Notes under the pieces: model-generated
Database searches by the model: none
What the model was told of the DNA's origin: nothing
What the model saw: the letters and a program-made list of their open reading frames with translations, nothing else
In this document: positions 59,747-64,000 of the stretch, in pieces
Layout: each line of letters opens with the position of its first letter
How positions within the stretch are numbered: position 1 is the stretch's first letter
Made by a program: the position numbers and the translations under genes
Origin: Azolla caroliniana
Lineage: Eukaryota; Plantae; Polypodiophyta
Reading direction: 5' to 3'
Assembly: GCA_043228905.1 (NCBI GenBank)
Contig: JBHGNT010000004.1
Location: 18,724,001-18,788,000, forward strand
Length of the DNA: 64,000 bases

Positions 59747-60915
59747 TTATGTTCCGCATGCCAGGAGTGGAGTGCCGCACAGCCCGGCATTGCCTTTGTA
59801 TGAAGAGACGTCGAACGTGGTAAATGGCGCGATTTGCGGGATTTTGCCAGAGAGATGGTTGTATGACACGTTGAAGCCTAGTAGGGAGGTTAAGCGAGAG
59901 AAGGTGGATGGGATCGATCCCTCGAGCTTGTTTCGGTCAAGTTCTACGAATTTGAGTGATGTGAGTTTGGTGAAGGAAGACCGGATATGTCCGGAGAACC
60001 GATTGTTGCTGAGGTCGAGGCTCTGGAAGTAGTCTGGGAGCCGATGTCAGAAGGGATGGAGCCTGTGAGTGCATTTTTAGCTAGATTGATGGAAGGGGTT
60101 AGGTCCTTGGAGAGTCTCTTGGTATTGGCTCTCGGGAAGCCGCGGGCAAGCCATGCCCCCAAGCCGTAGCCGGAGAAGCCACAATCGTTGAGGTCTACTT
60201 GGGCGAGCTGCGGTGCGGTGAGGAGTCCGGTCACATTCCCGAGGCTGCCGATGGGATTGTTTCCAAGATCGACAGATTATAGGTTCTTGAGGTTGGAGAG
60301 GTTGTGGGGAAGGCCGGTGATCAGGTTGTTCTCGAGGTAAAGGAAAGTGAGGGTGATGAGGCCCCCGGGCGCGTTGAAGGAGTCGGGGATGCGGCCGGAG
60401 AACTTGTTGAACCCGAGATCGGCAGTGCCGAGGTTGGAGAGGCAGCTGAAGGAGGCCGGGATTGCTCCCCTGATCTTGTTATTGTAAATGCGAAGGTGTT
60501 GGAGGCTCTTCATGTTACCAATGGACGAAGGGAGCGACCCCGAGAGGGAGTTGAAGGAGACATCGAGCATCTGGAGGCTGGTGAGGCCGCCGAAGGATTC
60601 CGGGATGGATCCCGCGAAGCCACCCGAAGAGGAGGTGGAGGCGGAGAGGCAGAGCTTGATGAGGTGGGAGAGGTTCCCTAGGGAAGGGGGGAGAGTTCCG
60701 GTGAAGAAATTCTCGTCGAGCTCGAGGATCTGGAGGGAGGAGAGGGAGCCAAGGGATGGGGGGAGGGGCCCCTGGAGGGAGGATTGGGCGAGATCGAGGC
60801 TCACAATGAGCCCCGTGATGCCGTCACAAGTCACTCCTTTCCACCAGCAACAATTGGGCTGTTTGGCCGACCATGTCGTGAGAGCATGTTTGGGGTCCCC
60901 CGTGATTGCCGCCTT
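59747..60915 (-). pseudogene. LRR copy 4, pseudogene
   Basis: Very similar to copy 3 but has a premature TAA at 60277-60279 (CAA in copy 3), a 7-bp deletion near 60035 (frameshift), and a Copia insertion in the LRRNT at 60915/60916. The 5' part should lie beyond the window. Confidence 0.92.
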
Positions 60916-63900
60916 TGTTGGAAATTATAAGGAAAATAATACGAAGTAATAATAACTAAATTATAAAACAATAAAATAATAAAATAATAAAAATAAACAG
61001 TTATGATTGTTACGAACAGTCACTTTTGTAAAAGACACATTCGTTCTATAAAACTAAATATACACGCCTCTCTACAGGCAGAGAGGAACCATAATTTTTA
61101 TCTATCTGTCTCTGTCTCTATATCTTTTTATCTCTCCCTGTCTTTGTTTTCAACATGGTATCAGAGCAGGTTCCTTCTTTCTAGGTGACACCAAAATTCT
61201 CTCCACAGAAAACAACAGATAATATAATAGGCTAGAACTTTAGCCTCTTCTAAGACCTGCACAATCTTGTATTTTAAACAAACAAATCTCTCACAGCCAT
61301 GGATCAAGCAACGCCTTCCTCACCCCAAAACTTTATGTATAGAAAAACTACAATTAGCAAATTGAATAATACAAACTATAGAGTTTGGAGTAGCAAAATG
61401 ACTCTCCTTTTCAAACAACTGAAATTATGGGTAGTAGTTGAAGGCAAAGAAACACAACCCAACACATTAAACCCGAACTACCCCGAATGGGAAGAAAAAG
61501 ATCTAGCAGCAAAGTTGGAAATCATGTCAAACTTGGAGGATCAACAAGCCGACACAATCAGAAATTGCAGCACTGCAAACGCCATGTGGATCGACTTGAA
61601 GAACGAATTCGAACCAACTACAGATGGAAACCAGGTCATGACTCTAAACTCATTAGTCATTTTAAAAATGCACGAAGAAGATGAAATGAATGCATTTATA
61701 AACTCATGGAAACGCTTCTTTTATGTCTCATGTCTGGGGTAGAAATCGAGTCAAAGTTGCAAAGGCTTCTTTTATTAGGTGCACTACCACCATCTTGGAG
61801 CACTTTTGTGACCACCCAAAACTTCAATACAAACACAACTCTCATTGACCTAATTAATTGTATACGACAAGAAGAAGCCATGAAAAAGGCACGTCGACCT
61901 GAACAAACACAACACACATCAGCAATGATAGCATACCGTGGAAAACAACCCTATCAAAACCAAAGAACAGAATATAGGCCTAGAAACTATCTTGACAATT
62001 CTAGACCACAAGTTGGAGGCATCAGATTCTCACAAATTTTTTGCACCATTTGTAATAAATCTGGACACACAAACAATCAATGTAGGTTCAGACAAATGAA
62101 AAATAAACAATCATATCAACGACCTAGATCTCGAGTAGAAGTCCACCTAGTTGAAGAAATTTCAGAAAATGAGTCATACCCAACTGAAACAAATAGTGAG
62201 GAAAATGATGATGGTTATGATGATCTCTTGCAAGTTTTCCTTGCGGAAGATTCAACTCCAGAAATCAATACAAAACAACAACCAAACAACACTTGGTACT
62301 TCGATACTGGTGCCACCCATCACATGACAAATAATAAACAATCTATTAGAAACTACAACTCCTTACCCGTACCAATCCCTGTTGTGTTTGGTAATAATGG
62401 CAGCCTAAATGCCTTAGGAAAAGGAGACGTAAGCTTTCTCCTACAAGACAATCAACTCCTCACAGTAGACAATGTCTATTTTGTTCCTGGAATCACGAAA
62501 AATCTATTATCAGTTTCTCAAGCAACCAAAAATGGTACCTCCATAAAATTTGAAGAAACATATGCACAAATTAAGCATAAGTCACCAAATGGACAGAAAA
62601 TAAAGTACATTTGTAGGCGCCTTGATAAAGGGCTTTATCGCATTCCATGTCCACCAACACATGCAGACATAGAAGCACTTTATGCATCCACAAAAGAAAA
62701 CCATGATCTTAGCATCTTATGGCATCATAGACTTGCACATATAAATTTACAAGCCATTAAAACTCTACAATCAAAAAACATGGTTATTGGTCTCCCTAAA
62801 GATCAATTCACAACTTCTCTAGACCTCTGCGAAGGGTGTCTTCTTGGGAAGATGCCTCATCACTCTTTTCCACTACGACAAAGTAGAAGTCGATTCCCAT
62901 TGCAATTAGTCCAAAGTGATCTCTGTGGCCCTTTCCCGACACCGTCAATAACTGGATCACATTACTTCATCAGTTTCATAGATGTCTATAGTAGATTCAC
63001 TATTATTACATTTCTTAAGACAAAAAAACCAAGCACTTAAAAATTACTCAATATTAGCTGAAAATATAGCTAAAAGCAAAATACAATTTCTACAAACTGA
63101 TGGAGGCGGCGAATACAATTCCAATGCCCTCATGGATTTTTGCAAATCCAAAGGAATTCACCACCGAAAATAAACACCACAAACTCCTCAACAAAATGGT
63201 ATTGCAGAAAGAAAAAATTGTAGCTTACTAAATGCTACCCGTAGCATGCTAAATGCCGCAAACCTAGAGCCAAAATTTTGGGAGGAAGCGGTTGCAACCG
63301 CTTGTTACATTCAAAACAGAATTTATCACCGCTCGATTGGACTACATACACCTTTTGAAATGTGGTATGGTCACAAACCTCATTTACAAGACCTTAAAAT
63401 ATTCGGATGTATTGCTTTCGCTTGTGTACCAGAAAACAAAAGAAAGGTGTTAAATGCAAGAGCACAAAAATCCATCTTCGTTGGATATGGAGACACACAC
63501 GGTTACAAGGCCTACCGACTCTACAACCCAGCTACCAACAAATTTTTCTTCAGTCGAAGCGTTATCTTCAACGAATTTGACATCCTAAAAAATCAAAACC
63601 AAAAATCAAAAAATTCAGAAATCCTAATTAACAAACTTACTGCAGAAAATGGTGCACCTCCCGAGCCAACCAACAACACCATCCAATGGTGCCTTCCATC
63701 TGGCCGTCCATCAATCACTGATGGAACTCCCACACCTTCACAAGTCTCCTTTAATCTACTACCATCATCTTCAGAAGCCACGTCGGGCAACATTCCACCG
63801 CCAAACAGAGATCACGGCACAACCAACCACACTCCCGTTGTGTTCCCCACACATGCCGCTCCACCACCGTCGTCTCCTGAAGCCGCCTCAAGTAGCATTC

Positions 63901-64000
63901 GATCTCCAAACAGAGATCGCGCCATCACTATGAACCACACTCCTGTAGTTGCGGAGCATACAAATGTTGCCTCTCCTCAATGCCATAGTTTTTCTCCTTC
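60916..64000 (+). mobile_element. Ty1/Copia LTR retrotransposon, 5' part (continues past the window end)
   Basis: 5' LTR 60916-61155 (TGTTG..CAACA) and PBS TGGTATCAGAGC at 61156-61167. gag from 61299 (CTICNKSGHTNNQC), protease WYFDTGA, LWHHRLAH..CEGC, and integrase SDLCGP..TDGGGEY..PQQNGIAERKN, with frameshifts and stops. Predicted TSD GCCTT. Confidence 0.93.

Overview
Nuclear genomic DNA of a land plant, most likely a fern or other non-seed vascular plant. This is inferred from GT-AG introns, abundant (GA)n/(CA)n microsatellites, a PLS-type PPR fragment and the retroelement content; it is not proven. Genes: (1) a multi-exon CCCH zinc finger/LOTUS(OST-HTH)/RRM RNA-binding protein (+, 11900-~19211); (2) an intronless, probably plastid-targeted two-RRM protein whose RRMs are separated by an approximately 400-aa prion-like S/G/Y/N linker (+, 32305-34317); (3) a minus-strand tandem array of four intronless secreted LRR-only genes, three intact and one broken by a stop codon, a frameshift and a Copia insertion. 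The remainder is heavily nested mobile DNA: several Copia elements and relics, a gag-only Gypsy-type element with a tRNA-Trp PBS and 4-bp TSD, solo LTRs, a hAT-type MITE, L1-like and RTE-X/L2-like LINE fragments, a retroposed PPR fragment with a 15-bp TSD, and a repeated element made of two convergent tRNA-like heads next to (GA)n tracts. The strongest leads are the soluble island-plus-4-LRR receptor-like array with variable exposed residues, the very long prion-like cpRNP linker, and the (GA)n-associated LINE plus double-tRNA-head unit. All identifications were made by eye; no database searches were run.
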